A stretch of DNA of 64,000 nt from Acidimicrobiia bacterium (GCA_029863385.1 JAOTVU010000003.1:65-64064), one strand, 5' to 3'. Positions 23,125-33,632 are shown, numbered from the stretch's first letter. The notes: a model not told the origin generated them from the letters alone. Program-made: numbers and translations.

Positions 23125-24237
23125 ATGGCCGATCTGACCGAAGATCTCAAGGCGCTGCGGGTCGAACTCGACGAGGCGGAGGAGTACCTCCGGGTCGCCG
23201 AACTCCGGGCCCGGCTGCCCCAACTCGAGACCGAGATGGGCCGGCCCGACCTGTGGGACGACGCCGAACGGGCCCGCGTCGTCCAGACCGAGTTCACCGC
23301 GGTGAAGGACGACCTCGATCTGTTCGACCAGTTGTCGGGCCAGGTCGATGACGCCGAGACATTGTTCGAACTATCCCGCGAGGAGGGTGACGCCGAGCTG
23401 GAGAACGAGGCGGTCGAGCTGATCGAACAGCTCGGGTCGCGCTTCGGCGAACTCGAACTACGGGCCCTGTTCACCGGCCAGTACGACGAAGGTGACGCCG
23501 TCTGTGAGATCCACTCCGGCGCCGGCGGCACCGACTCCCAGGATTGGGCCGAGATGCTGCTCACCATGTACCGCAAATGGGCTCAGAACAAGGGCTTCGG
23601 GTTCGAGCTCACCGACGTGCAGCAGGGCCAGGAGGCCGGCATCACGTCGGCCGAGTTCGTGATCACCGGCCGCTACGCCTACGGCTGGCTCCAGGCCGAG
23701 CGAGGCGTTCACCGTCTCGTCCGCATCTCGCCGTTCGACTCCCAGGCCCGCCGCCACACGGCGTTCGCCTCGTTCGCCGTCGTTCCCTACATCGAGGACG
23801 CGGCCGATCAGGTGAGTATCGATGACAAGGATCTTCGGGTCGACGTGTACCGGTCCTCGGGCGCCGGCGGCCAGCACGTCAACACCACCGACTCCGCGGT
23901 TCGGATCACCCACCTGCCGACCGGCACCGTCGTGTCGTGCCAGAACGAACGCTCTCAGCACCAGAACAAGGACCGCTGCATGCAGATGCTGGCCATGAAG
24001 CTGGTCGACCTGGAGCGACAGAAGCGGGAGGAGAAGCTCGCTTCCGAGGCCGGTGAGTCGAAGAAGGTGGAGTGGGGCAGCCAGATTCGCAGCTATGTCC
24101 TGCAGCCGTACCAGCAGGTGAAGGACGAGCGCAGTGGCGAGACGTCGGGCAACCCGGACGGGGTGCTCAACGGCGACGTCGGCCCGTTCATGGAGGCCTG
24201 GCTCCGGTGGCGCCGGGCCGGCCAAACCAGCAACTAG
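23125..24237 (+). CDS. prfB: Peptide chain release factor 2
   Basis: SPF anticodon-mimic motif, GGQ motif and WGSQIRSY. Continuous ORF with no programmed frameshift. Confidence 0.98.
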   Translation: MADLTEDLKALRVELDEAEEYLRVAELRARLPQLETEMGRPDLWDDAERARVVQTEFTAVKDDLDLFDQLSGQVDDAETLFELSREEGDAELENEAVELIEQLGSRFGELELRALFTGQYDEGDAVCEIHSGAGGTDSQDWAEMLLTMYRKWAQNKGFGFELTDVQQGQEAGITSAEFVITGRYAYGWLQAERGVHRLVRISPFDSQARRHTAFASFAVVPYIEDAADQVSIDDKDLRVDVYRSSGAGGQHVNTTDSAVRITHLPTGTVVSCQNERSQHQNKDRCMQMLAMKLVDLERQKREEKLASEAGESKKVEWGSQIRSYVLQPYQQVKDERSGETSGNPDGVLNGDVGPFMEAWLRWRRAGQTSN

Positions 24238-24308
24238 TATGACGGACGGGTGTCTGAAGGTCAGCCACCCACCCGAATCCTCAAAGCACGAAGCGGGAAC
24301 CGATAGTC

Positions 24309-24989
24309 ATGATCAAACTCGAAGGTGTCTCGAAGTCCTATCCGCAACAGACCGAGGCCGCCCTGCGCGACGCCTACGCCGACATCGCCAAGGGCGAGTT
24401 CGTCTTTCTCGTCGGCCCGTCGGGTTCCGGGAAATCGACCTTCCTCCGCCTCCTCAACAAGGAAGAGGAGCCCGATACCGGCCGAATTTTCGTGGCCGGC
24501 AAGGACATCGGTCAGATGTCCAGCTGGAAGGTTCCGATGCTGCGTCGAAACATCGGAAGTATCTTCCAGGACTTCAAACTCCTGCCGACCAAGACGGTCG
24601 CCGAAAACGTGGCCTTCGCCCTGGAGGTCATCGGGCGGCCCCGCAGTGTCATCCGCACCCAGGTTCCGGCCATCTGTGAGCTTGTCGGTCTCGGTGACAA
24701 GATGGCGAAATATCCCAATCAGCTCTCCGGTGGCGAGCAGCAGCGGGTGTCGATCGCCCGGGCCTTCGTGAACCGACCACTGATCCTGTTGGCCGACGAG
24801 CCGACCGGAAACCTTGATCCCCAAACTTCGATCGGCATCATGCGCCTGCTGGACCGCATCAACAAGACCGGTACCACCGTGGTCATGGCCAGCCACGATC
24901 GAGGCATCGTTGACACCATGCGCAAGCGGGTCATCGAGTTGTCAGAAGGGGCGATCGTCCGCGATCAGGCCCGCGGCGTCTACGAATAG
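24309..24989 (+). CDS. ftsE: Cell division ATP-binding protein FtsE
   Basis: [25 protein letters not shown] and DEPTGNLD, located after prfB. Confidence 0.96.
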   Translation: MIKLEGVSKSYPQQTEAALRDAYADIAKGEFVFLVGPSGSGKSTFLRLLNKEEEPDTGRIFVAGKDIGQMSSWKVPMLRRNIGSIFQDFKLLPTKTVAENVAFALEVIGRPRSVIRTQVPAICELVGLGDKMAKYPNQLSGGEQQRVSIARAFVNRPLILLADEPTGNLDPQTSIGIMRLLDRINKTGTTVVMASHDRGIVDTMRKRVIELSEGAIVRDQARGVYE

Positions 24990-25122
24990 GCCAGACGCCA
25001 TCCATTCGACGACGTGCGACGGGCTGAGCCCGCCGCCTGACTCTCGGCCCTGACGGTCGAAACCTCCGAGGCCCAGACCGAGCAACGAAGCCGCTACGCA
25101 AAACAAGGAATACAAAGCCCTC

Positions 25123-26016
25123 ATGGCAATCCGCGCTGACTACCTCCTCAAAGAAACCGGCCAGAACCTCATCCGCAACCCGTCACTGAGCCTGGCCACC
25201 ATCCTCACCGTTGCCGTCTCCCTGTCGCTGATGGGCGTGGCCCTCCTCGTCCAGCAGGGCGTTGGGCGGATCAACACATCGTTCAAGGACGAGGTGGAGT
25301 TCATCGTGTGGCTTGACGTCAACGTACAACAGGAACAGATCGAGAGCATCGACGATTTCCTGGCCTCGAACCCGTACGTCGACAATCGCTACTTCATCGA
25401 TCGCGACGCCACCTATCAGGAGTTCCAGAACTTCTTCGCCGATGAGCCCGAATTGCTGCAGCTCGTGGAGCCGGATCAGTTGCCGATGTCGTTCCAGGTT
25501 CAGCCAAGCGACACCGACGTCGACCTGATCCGCCGAATCGGTGATGAGATCGAGACCATCCCGGGCGTACAGGACGTCGAGTTCGCCAGCGACAACATCC
25601 GAGCCATCAGTACGTTCTCGGAAGGCAGTTCAACGGTGATGTTGGCCGCGGCCGGCGCCGCCGCCGGGGCCTCCGCCCTCCTGATGTACAACTCGATTCG
25701 AACCGCTGTCTTCGCACGGCGCCGGGAGATCGAGGTGATGCGCCTCGTCGGTGCCACCAAGTGGTTCATCCGGATCCCGTTCATGCTCGAAGGTCTGCTC
25801 CAGGGCCTGTTGGGCGCAGTGCTCAGCATCTTCACCGTGTTCGCGGTCAACAAGCTGATCTCCAGCTTCTTCCAAGATCTCCAGAGCTATATTTTCCGTG
25901 ATTTCGCCGTGCCCTCGGCCCAGGTGCTCACGATCGGCGGTGCCCTGCTCATGGTCGGGGCGCTGATCGGCGCCGTCGGGGCCGGAGTGGCCGTCACCCG
26001 CTATCTCGACGCCTGA
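25123..26016 (+). CDS. ftsX: Cell division permease FtsX
   Basis: 4-TM topology and ARRREIEVMRLVGATKWFIRIPFMLEG. Confidence 0.95.
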   Translation: MAIRADYLLKETGQNLIRNPSLSLATILTVAVSLSLMGVALLVQQGVGRINTSFKDEVEFIVWLDVNVQQEQIESIDDFLASNPYVDNRYFIDRDATYQEFQNFFADEPELLQLVEPDQLPMSFQVQPSDTDVDLIRRIGDEIETIPGVQDVEFASDNIRAISTFSEGSSTVMLAAAGAAAGASALLMYNSIRTAVFARRREIEVMRLVGATKWFIRIPFMLEGLLQGLLGAVLSIFTVFAVNKLISSFFQDLQSYIFRDFAVPSAQVLTIGGALLMVGALIGAVGAGVAVTRYLDA

Positions 26017-26079
26017 TCCGGCGACCCCTTCTTGGGTCGCAATCGTTTTGCGCCTGCATGACCTGGCTATTGTTTTGCC

Positions 26080-27606
26080 ATGACTCTGCTCGTCGTCGTT
26101 GCCGTCTTCGTGGTGGTGGTCGCCGTGATGGCGATCATCGACCTGTTTCAGACACGTCACGCGGTTCGCCGGAACTATCCACTGATCGGTCGGCTGCGCT
26201 ATCTGCTGGAGAAGATCGGACCGGAGCTCCGCCAGTACATCGTGACCGACAACGACGAGGAGCGGCCGTTCAGCCGCGACCAGCGGCGCTGGGTGTACGC
26301 GTCGGCCAAACGGGAGAACCAGTACTTCGGCTTCGGTTCCGATTCGAAGATGGACGCCCCCCAGTATCCGATCATCCGCCACTCGGTGTTCCCGTTCGAC
26401 GTACCGGACGCTGTCGATCCGACCGACGAGAGCTACCTGCCCTGCACCAAGGTGTTGGGGGAGTGGCGGAACCGGCCCAAAGCGTTCCGGCCCGAGTCGG
26501 TCGTCAACATCTCCGCCATGAGCTTCGGTTCCTTGTCGGGAGTGGCCGTCGAGTCCCTCAACCGGGGCGCGAAAATCGCCGGGTGCATGCACAACACTGG
26601 CGAGGGTGGGGTCAGCCGTCATCATCGCCACGGTGGTGATCTCATCCTGCAATTCGGCACCGGCTACTTCGGGGCCCGCAACCCGGACGGGACGTTCAAC
26701 CTCCACAAGGCGGTCGAGCTGGTCGAAACAACGCCATCGATCCGCTGCATCGAGATCAAACTCAGCCAGGGGGCAAAACCCGGCCTCGGCGGGCGGCTAC
26801 CAGGCCCGAAAGTGACCGAGGAGATCGCACAGGCCCGCGGCGTCCCGGTCGGGATCACGGTCGCAAGCCCGTCGAGCCATTCGGCCTTCAACTCCGTGCC
26901 GACCATGATCGACTTCATCGAGACCCTGGCCGAGGCCACCGGACTCCCGGTCGGAATCAAGTCGGCGGTCGGCGATCGTCAGTTCTGGAGCGAGCTGGCC
27001 CACGCCATGGCCCTGACCGGGCGAGGCCCGGACTTCATCGCCATCGACGGTGGTGAGGGCGGTACGGGAGCCGCTCCGCTGGCGTTCTCCGATCATGTGT
27101 CCCTGCCCTACCGGATGGGCATGGCCGAGGTGTTCCGCACCTTCGCCAGCCAGGGAATGCATGACAAGGTGGTGTGGATCGGGGCCGGCCGGCTCGGCTT
27201 TCCCGGAGAGGGTCTGCTCGCCATGGCCCTGGGGGCCGACATGATCAATGTGGCCCGGGAGGCGATGATGGCCGTCGGTTGCATCCAGGCTCAGCGGTGC
27301 CACACCGGCCACTGTCCGACGGGCGTCGCCACGCAGTCGCCGTGGCTGACCCGTGGTCTCGATCCGGACGACAAGTCGGTGCGGGCGGCCAACTACGTGA
27401 TGAGCCTTCGTCACGAACTGCTCATGCTGGCGCACGCCTGCGGGCATGCCCACCCGGCATTTGTCGGCGGCGAAGCGATCGACCTGTTGGTGGAGGGTGA
27501 CGAGGCGATCTCACTGTGGGATCACTACCGCTACGACAAGACGTGGTGGGAACCGATCACCAGCAGATCCGACGAACTGGTCCAGATCATGTACTCCGGC
27601 GTTTGA
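26080..27606 (+). CDS. FMN-binding glutamate synthase family protein (stand-alone)
   Basis: SAMSFGSLS, NTGEGG, EIKLSQGAKPG, DGGEGGTGAAP and the [3Fe-4S] motif CIQAQRCHTGHCPTG. N-terminal TM. Confidence 0.92.
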   Translation: MTLLVVVAVFVVVVAVMAIIDLFQTRHAVRRNYPLIGRLRYLLEKIGPELRQYIVTDNDEERPFSRDQRRWVYASAKRENQYFGFGSDSKMDAPQYPIIRHSVFPFDVPDAVDPTDESYLPCTKVLGEWRNRPKAFRPESVVNISAMSFGSLSGVAVESLNRGAKIAGCMHNTGEGGVSRHHRHGGDLILQFGTGYFGARNPDGTFNLHKAVELVETTPSIRCIEIKLSQGAKPGLGGRLPGPKVTEEIAQARGVPVGITVASPSSHSAFNSVPTMIDFIETLAEATGLPVGIKSAVGDRQFWSELAHAMALTGRGPDFIAIDGGEGGTGAAPLAFSDHVSLPYRMGMAEVFRTFASQGMHDKVVWIGAGRLGFPGEGLLAMALGADMINVAREAMMAVGCIQAQRCHTGHCPTGVATQSPWLTRGLDPDDKSVRAANYVMSLRHELLMLAHACGHAHPAFVGGEAIDLLVEGDEAISLWDHYRYDKTWWEPITSRSDELVQIMYSGV

Positions 27607-27623
27607 CGACCCACGAGGCTCCC

Positions 27624-28499
27624 ATGTCCTACGAAACCATTCGACTCGACCGCGACGGCCACGTCGCAACCCTCACGCTCGATCGACCCGAGCGGCTGAA
27701 CGCCTTCAACGACACGATGGTGCAGGAGCTGGTTGCGGCCTGCGACGAGATCGACGGTGATGACGAGATCCGTGCTGTTGTGGTCACCGGGGCCGGGCGC
27801 GCCTTCTGCGCCGGCGCCGACCTTGGTAGGGGCGACGAAACCTTCGATGCCGACGCCCGTTCGAAGTCCGACGGTGACGGAGCCGACCGCTGGGCCAACG
27901 GCATCCGACGTGACGGCGGCGGCATTGTAACGCTCCGGTTCTTCGATCTCACCAAGCCGCTGATTGCCGCCGTCAACGGCCCGGCGGTCGGGATCGGGAT
28001 CACGATGACGCTCCCCATGGACGTGCGGCTGCTGGCCGACGGCGCCAAGATCGGCTTCGTCTTCGCCCGCCGTGGCATCACCCCCGAGGCGTGCTCTTCG
28101 TGGTTTCTACCCCGACTCGTCGGGATGTCACAGGCGGCCCGCTGGTGCTACTCCGGCCGCGTGTTTCCGGCGGCCGAGGCGGCCGAGGGCGGGCTGGGTG
28201 AGCTGGTGGCTCCCGACGAGCTTCTCGATCGAGCTCGGGAACTGGCCGACGAGTTCGCCGGGTCCGCCCCGGTGTCGGTTGCGCTGACCCGCAGGTTGTT
28301 GTGGCGAGGCCTGACGCTCGCGCACCCGATGGAGGCCCATCGGGCCGACTCCCGGGCCATCCAGGCCCTCGGCCGGATGGCCGACGCTCGGGAGGGGGTC
28401 ACCAGCTTCCTGGAGAAGCGGCCCCCCGAATGGTCGCTGAAGCCGTCCGAGGATCTGCCCGATGTGTTTCCCGACTGGGACCAGCCGACCTTCCACTGA
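27624..28499 (+). CDS. Enoyl-CoA hydratase/crotonase family protein
   Basis: TLDRPERLNAF, FCAGADL, KPLIAAVNGPAVGIG and EGVTSFLEKR. Confidence 0.92.
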   Translation: MSYETIRLDRDGHVATLTLDRPERLNAFNDTMVQELVAACDEIDGDDEIRAVVVTGAGRAFCAGADLGRGDETFDADARSKSDGDGADRWANGIRRDGGGIVTLRFFDLTKPLIAAVNGPAVGIGITMTLPMDVRLLADGAKIGFVFARRGITPEACSSWFLPRLVGMSQAARWCYSGRVFPAAEAAEGGLGELVAPDELLDRARELADEFAGSAPVSVALTRRLLWRGLTLAHPMEAHRADSRAIQALGRMADAREGVTSFLEKRPPEWSLKPSEDLPDVFPDWDQPTFH

Positions 28500-28505
28500 C
28501 GCTGT

Positions 28506-29771
28506 CTAGCGTCGGCTTCCCTGAAGCGACCCGGTCAGATCCTCGTCGAGGATGGCGCACGCATATCGGGTGTCATCGTCGGCCCAGGCGTCCTCGTTCG
28601 GATACCAGTAGGGGAACCGACCGAACTCCGACTCGCCAGGCTCGATGCCGATGAACGCCAGGAACAGGCTGCGGCACTCCTGCTCCGTCAAGGCTCTCGC
28701 CTGTGCATCTCCGGGGAAACGTAGATCGGCATCGAACGTGCCGCCGCCGATCATCTGCCCTCGGTGAGGCTGGGAGCAGCGGATCGGGCGGACGTGGTCG
28801 TCGAGCGTGAGAGACTCCGCCGTCTGCTCCGGCAGGAGCCCGAAGCACTGGCCGGTGCCGAGTTTGTGCAGCTCGGGGTAATCGGCCGGCACGAACGGGC
28901 CATCGATCGGCCGGTCGCTGAGCACCGCACACAGAACCTCCCTGTCGCCGTCCTCCCACCTCGATCGGGACGGTCGCCAGAACCGGAACGTATAGCCAAC
29001 TGCGGACTCGACTCCGAAGAACGACTCGAAGGCGGCTGAACAGGTCGAGGTGCTCTCATCGGTCAACTCGTTGTCGGAGGGTATCGGCGCGTCGTCGGGG
29101 TATGGGAGATTCCCTCGACCGAAGAAGAGACCGGCGAACGAGCCCGAACAATCGACAAGCTCCACCACGTCACCACTGCGGAGCCCGAACGGGTCGCTCG
29201 ATCCGGCCGGATCGAAGCAGTCGCCGGGCATGAGACGATCGATGGCGACGATGTCACCGCGAGCGAAGTCGTCGGCACGGCCCTTCACCGATCCGGTCAG
29301 CGGATCAGAGCCTTCGCCGACGGTGACGTAGCAGGTGGCGTGGTGAACACCGTCGTCCCAATCACGCTCCGAGGGCACCACGATCGGGGCGTCGAGTGTG
29401 GTGGTCAGGTGGTCGGCGCCGAGATAGTCGGTCGTGACGGCTTGGCAACTCTGCTCGAACCAGACCCTCGTCACGTCGTCACCGGGAAATGGACGACCGC
29501 TGTCCGGGTGGGTGGCCAGCCCAACAACCTCACCGTCGTGGGGAAGCGAACAATCGACGGCCTGAAGTGCCGACGGATCGTCGTCGGCGAGCCGAACGCA
29601 GTCGCCGGTATCGAGGGCGAAGCCGGATGAGGCATCGGCCACACCGGGGAAACCGGCCTGGGCCAGTACCAGCCAGCCGACGGCCAGCGTGATCATCCCC
29701 GCGACGACACCGGCGCTGTACGCTCGACGGCGATCCGTCGGCGGCGAAGGAGCGGCGCTCGCCAGAGACAT
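28506..29771 (-). CDS. Septum formation family protein (three Cys-containing repeats)
   Basis: N-terminal TM, then three units of the type GDC...VDC..PH.GE...C...P....W..G.....C. Confidence 0.75.
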   Translation of the reverse strand: MSLASAAPSPPTDRRRAYSAGVVAGMITLAVGWLVLAQAGFPGVADASSGFALDTGDCVRLADDDPSALQAVDCSLPHDGEVVGLATHPDSGRPFPGDDVTRVWFEQSCQAVTTDYLGADHLTTTLDAPIVVPSERDWDDGVHHATCYVTVGEGSDPLTGSVKGRADDFARGDIVAIDRLMPGDCFDPAGSSDPFGLRSGDVVELVDCSGSFAGLFFGRGNLPYPDDAPIPSDNELTDESTSTCSAAFESFFGVESAVGYTFRFWRPSRSRWEDGDREVLCAVLSDRPIDGPFVPADYPELHKLGTGQCFGLLPEQTAESLTLDDHVRPIRCSQPHRGQMIGGGTFDADLRFPGDAQARALTEQECRSLFLAFIGIEPGESEFGRFPYWYPNEDAWADDDTRYACAILDEDLTGSLQGSRR

Positions 29772-29874
29772 CCGACAATCCTGCTAAAAATCCAAGTCGG
29801 CAACAACCCGTTGGGCCAACTCGCCACGTCGACGACATGATGATCAACCGCTGATCAAGAACTCAGCGTAGGGC

Positions 29875-30753
29875 TCAGAATCTCTTCTCGAACCAGCACT
29901 TCGCAAACGGATTGTCGTTGTAGCGGTCGATTGGCTCGTAGCCCGCCGATCGGTACATTGCGATCGCCTCGGTGAGCACGCTGTTGGTGTCGAGCCGCAC
30001 AACGGTGCAGCCGAGTGATCGGCCTTCCTGTTCGAGGCGTTCGAGGATGCGTCGCCCGAGCCCGATGCCTCTCCAGTCGGGGTTGACCCACATCCGCTTG
30101 ATCTCTGCGATATCGGGCGTAAGTCGGTGAACAGCGCCGCACGCAACGGCGTCGTCACCGTGATGTGCCAGCAGGAAGGCGCCACGGGGAGGTCGGTAGA
30201 AATCGGCATCGGCGGTGACGGAGTCGGCTTCGTCGAATCCCGTTTCGAACCGTTCGTCGAGTTCGCCGAAGTAGCGACGAAGTGACTCGACGGCCGCTGA
30301 GTCGGCAGGGTCAACCGGTTCGATTGTCACCGCGGCGGCCGACAGGAGCCGGTCTGCTGTGATCAGGGCCTCGGCCAGACGCTGCCGCTGGCCGACCCCG
30401 AGCGGGGCTATGAGCGTCTCGGCGAGCACCTGCGACCGCCTGTCGAGTTCCTGCCATTCCCGGCGGCCCGACTCGGTGAGCGTCGCCCGTCGGCGCCGGC
30501 CGTCGGTGGGGACCGGTTCCGTGACAACGAGGCCCTCGGATTCGAGCTGCCTCAGCAACCGACTCAGGTAGGCCGAATCGACCCCGAGCGTCTGACGGAT
30601 GTCGCCGACGGCTCGCCCGTCGAGCCCTATCTCCCACAGGAGTCGCGATGACGCCAGCGGTCGGTCGAGGCCCAGGAAGCGGTCCTCCAGGACACCGATT
30701 CGTTGCGTGAAGCGGCGGTTGAAACCACGAAGTACGTCGACGGCGCCGGTCAC
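29875..30753 (-). CDS. MarR HTH-GNAT acetyltransferase fusion
   Basis: FNRRFTQRIG, DSAYLSRLLR and DGRRR wHTH motifs, plus a C-terminal GNAT (EIKRMWV...RGIGLG...LDTN...YNDNP). Confidence 0.92.
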   Translation of the reverse strand: MTGAVDVLRGFNRRFTQRIGVLEDRFLGLDRPLASSRLLWEIGLDGRAVGDIRQTLGVDSAYLSRLLRQLESEGLVVTEPVPTDGRRRRATLTESGRREWQELDRRSQVLAETLIAPLGVGQRQRLAEALITADRLLSAAAVTIEPVDPADSAAVESLRRYFGELDERFETGFDEADSVTADADFYRPPRGAFLLAHHGDDAVACGAVHRLTPDIAEIKRMWVNPDWRGIGLGRRILERLEQEGRSLGCTVVRLDTNSVLTEAIAMYRSAGYEPIDRYNDNPFAKCWFEKRF

Positions 30754-30809
30754 ATACCTGACTCTAGTCAGCTAGTCGAGCGAACGCACCGAGCACTTCG
30801 GTCGGTGCC

Positions 30810-32348
30810 TCAGTCTCCGGTGACACCATTGAGTTCGTCGACCACGGCCATCAGGTCACCGTAAGCGACGAAATCGGCGGCGATTACGGTGGGCATCACG
30901 CCCCGTTCGCCCTCGCATTGTCTCAGTCGCGGCAACAGCGTCTCGGTCAGGTTGACGACCCGATTGGCGTTGAGTGCCGGAGTTATGAAGTGGTTGACCA
31001 TGAACAGCGGGCTGTCGTCCCGTCCTCTGTTCCTCTCGCAGGAGAATTCGGCCGCCGAACTGAAGCTGAACGGCGTCTCCTGAACGAACTCGAACGCCGG
31101 GTGCAGCCATGGGATGTCCCACCTCGTCGAACCGCCGGGCACAAAGGCTTGCGTGCCCATTACACGTGTCACCGCGGGAGTCGCCGATCGTCACCGGATT
31201 GGCTGACAGCGTGAATACGGCAGCGACCGCGAGGCCACCGATGATCGACGCCGGGAGCAGGGTTTGACCGCCAAGGGATCGCCACGACCGCACGTCGCTC
31301 TCCTCGGGGATCAGAGTGGAGATGCGCTTGCCGAGCCCGGTCACCTCGACGATTTCGGCCACAACCGCAACGGCGGCGATGAAGCCGACAATCCTGATTG
31401 CGACAGCGGCCAGGGTCAGCGGCTCGAGGACGGCCCAGACGGCGGCGCCTCCGACGGCCACCAAACGGGCGGAGGTTCCGGCCGTGGTTTGAGGGCGACT
31501 GGACAGCCGTTGAAACTGTTCGACCACCGCGGATCGAGCGTGGCCGACGTTGACCACAGCCCAGGCCAATCCGGCGAGAAAGGCCCCCGCGGTCATCAGC
31601 ATCCACCCCCACGTCTGCAGTTCGCCAACGACGAGCTGCGAGGCGGCAACGACGGCGTCACGCTGGGGCCCGACCGCGGCGAACGAGCCGACGATGACGG
31701 CGCCGACGACCTGCAGCACCAGGATGAACAGGCCAACCAACCCGAGCGTCAATCCTGTGGTACTGATCCCGGTCCACGGGTTGCGGTCGGTGACAATCAA
31801 GGCCAGCAGAGCCACGAACGCAAGAATCGCAATCACGCCGGTGAGCCTTCGCAATGCCCGGGCCATGTCGATCAGCTGGGTGAACATCTCACCGCTGGAG
31901 ATCGAGACGACAACCTCCTCAACGTCGGACGGCATCATGTCGGCCATATCCGGTACGAGTGCCTGCAACGTCTGGTCGAGCATCAGAACGACGTCGGACA
32001 CCGCGATCACGAAACTGTCGGCGTCCTCCTCGAAGACGGTTCGGTGGGCTTCGGTCACGCTCGCCTGCACAGCGGTCTTGGCGACCAACGATTCGAGCAC
32101 ACCCGAAGTCAGGCTTTCGAGCAGCGAGCCGCCGGTTGCCAGGTTGGGGGCCTCTTCGATCAGCGCATCGGAGATCTCACCGGCAAGAAAGTTGTGATCG
32201 CCGGGTCGGACAGGCTGGCGGCGGCAGTGGCTCCGAAATCGTCGCTGTCGAGAAAGCGGTCCTGGGCGAAGAACAGCAGCGTGGCCACGGTCGTCAACAG
32301 GAAGGCGAGAACCGCCAGGATTGGTCGGAGCCATCGTGTCCTCCCCAT
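30810..32348 (-). pseudogene. Disrupted membrane protein with a PI-PLC X-like phosphodiesterase domain (frameshift plus internal deletion)
   Basis: Three frames are needed: MGRTRWLRPIL...SDPAITTFL, shift at about 32186 to AGEISDAL...CNGHASLCARRFDEV, then a junction at about 31119 to DIPWLHPAFEFVQETPF...LFMVNHF...AVVDELNG. The catalytic core is missing. Confidence 0.75.
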
Positions 32349-32577
32349 ATCGATCCAGACTGTACCGGGTGACCACTGGACGCGCCACGGCGCCGGTTCC
32401 GACCCGGTCGTCGGTCCTTTCATCGAACCGAGCAAAGTCAAAACGCTACGATGGCCACGCATGACCTATTTCGAAGACATGGACACGATCCTCGTGCACC
32501 GGAGGCCACCGCACGATTCGTGATCGTTGACGAAGAGGGCGGCTGCGTTGGTGGATGGCACCAACCCCAAAAACAAC

Positions 32578-32609
32578 GAAACCCCCGAACCCGAGGGTTC
32601 AAAGGTTTC
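32578..32609 (-). terminator. Putative intrinsic terminator of ssrA
   Basis: Imperfect inverted repeat GAAACC-CCC-GAACC...GGTTC-AAA-GGTTTC, followed on the minus strand by GTTGTTTTT. Confidence 0.55.
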
Positions 32610-32633
32610 CGATGTCTTGCGATATCACAATTG

Positions 32634-33019
32634 TGGAGCTGGGGGGAATCGAACCCCCGTCCGCTGAGGAGTCACCGCACACGCTACGACCATTCCCGCG
32701 ATTCAGGCTTTGCGGTTGCCTGGTTGCCGGGTCAACGTGAACCTTGCGGTTCGTCCGCCTGGTCTTTCCCAGGAGTCAGCGGTCTTTGCCTGCCGTCAAT
32801 GGTCTCTCCCATCGTCCACCACTGCTTCTGTTGCCGGGCTGCAGTGATCGGGCCCCGCGTGGCCTCACGGCTCGCGATGTTCCTCTGGCTACCTAAGAAA
32901 TTAGGCGGCGAGAGTGAAGTCAGCCTTGTTGGCGCTTCTGTTGAGCCCCGTTTAACGAGTCTGAGCAACTCGGGTCGCACACACGACTTCTCGTCTCAAC
33001 GTCGAAACCGATCAGCCCC
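32634..33019 (-). ncRNA. ssrA: tmRNA; tag reading frame ANKADFTLAA* at 32933-32901
   Basis: 5' end GGGGCTGATCGGTTTCGAC. 3' end GACGGGGGTTCGATTCCCCCCAGCTCCA (alanine acceptor with G3:U pair). Tag ends in LAA-stop. Adjacent to smpB. Confidence 0.97.
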
Positions 33020-33167
33020 GAGGTGAGAGAAGAGTCATTCACGGCCAAAGGCCGCTCTGTGGCTCATCTCGGATTTCAAGTAGCAGTATCGGGGCTGTCG
33101 GCCCTCGAGTTCCGGCCAACGGCCACAACGCACCCCCGTTGGGGGACCTTCCAGTGTAGCGCCATGA

Positions 33168-33632
33168 TCAGCGGCGCCGGGTGCGTTCCGCCAGCTCGCG
33201 TCGGGCCTCCCGGTCGGCGTCACGTTTGGCGATCAACTGCCGTTTGTCGACTGTCTTGCGGCCCCGGCCGAGACCGATCTCAAGCTTGGCCCGATTGTCC
33301 TTGAAATACAGTGCCATCGGGACGAGAACCAGATGATCCTGCTCGGTCTTGGAGAACAGCCGGTCGAGCTCGGCCCGGTGCAGCAGCAGTTTACGTTTCC
33401 GGGTCGGTTCGTAGCGTAGATGCGAGCTGGATCGGGTGTAGGGCGCAATATGCAGCCCGACCAGCCACAGCTCGCCATCCTCGAATCGAGCATAGGCGTC
33501 GCTGATCTGCACCTTCGACTCGCGGAGCGACTTGACCTCGCTACCCCGAAGCGCGATACCGGCTTCGATGGTCTCGGAGATCTCGTAGTTGCGGTGAGCC
33601 TGCTTGTTGGTCGCAACCATCTTGACGGCCAT
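33168..33632 (-). CDS. smpB: SsrA-binding protein SmpB
   Basis: ATNKQAHRNY, EAGIALRGSEVKSLR, RKRKLLLHR and GRGRKTVDKR. Confidence 0.97.
   Translation of the reverse strand: MAVKMVATNKQAHRNYEISETIEAGIALRGSEVKSLRESKVQISDAYARFEDGELWLVGLHIAPYTRSSSHLRYEPTRKRKLLLHRAELDRLFSKTEQDHLVLVPMALYFKDNRAKLEIGLGRGRKTVDKRQLIAKRDADREARRELAERTRRR

Noticed and set aside
23125-23220. Programmed +1 frameshift in prfB
   Set aside because: No CTT-TGA-C slippery site. The equivalent position reads TAC CTC CGG and the ORF is continuous.
32461-32523. Tiny ORF MTYFEDMDTILVHRRPPHDS resembling a MaoC N-terminus
   Set aside because: The similarity is only four residues, too short to support a gene remnant.
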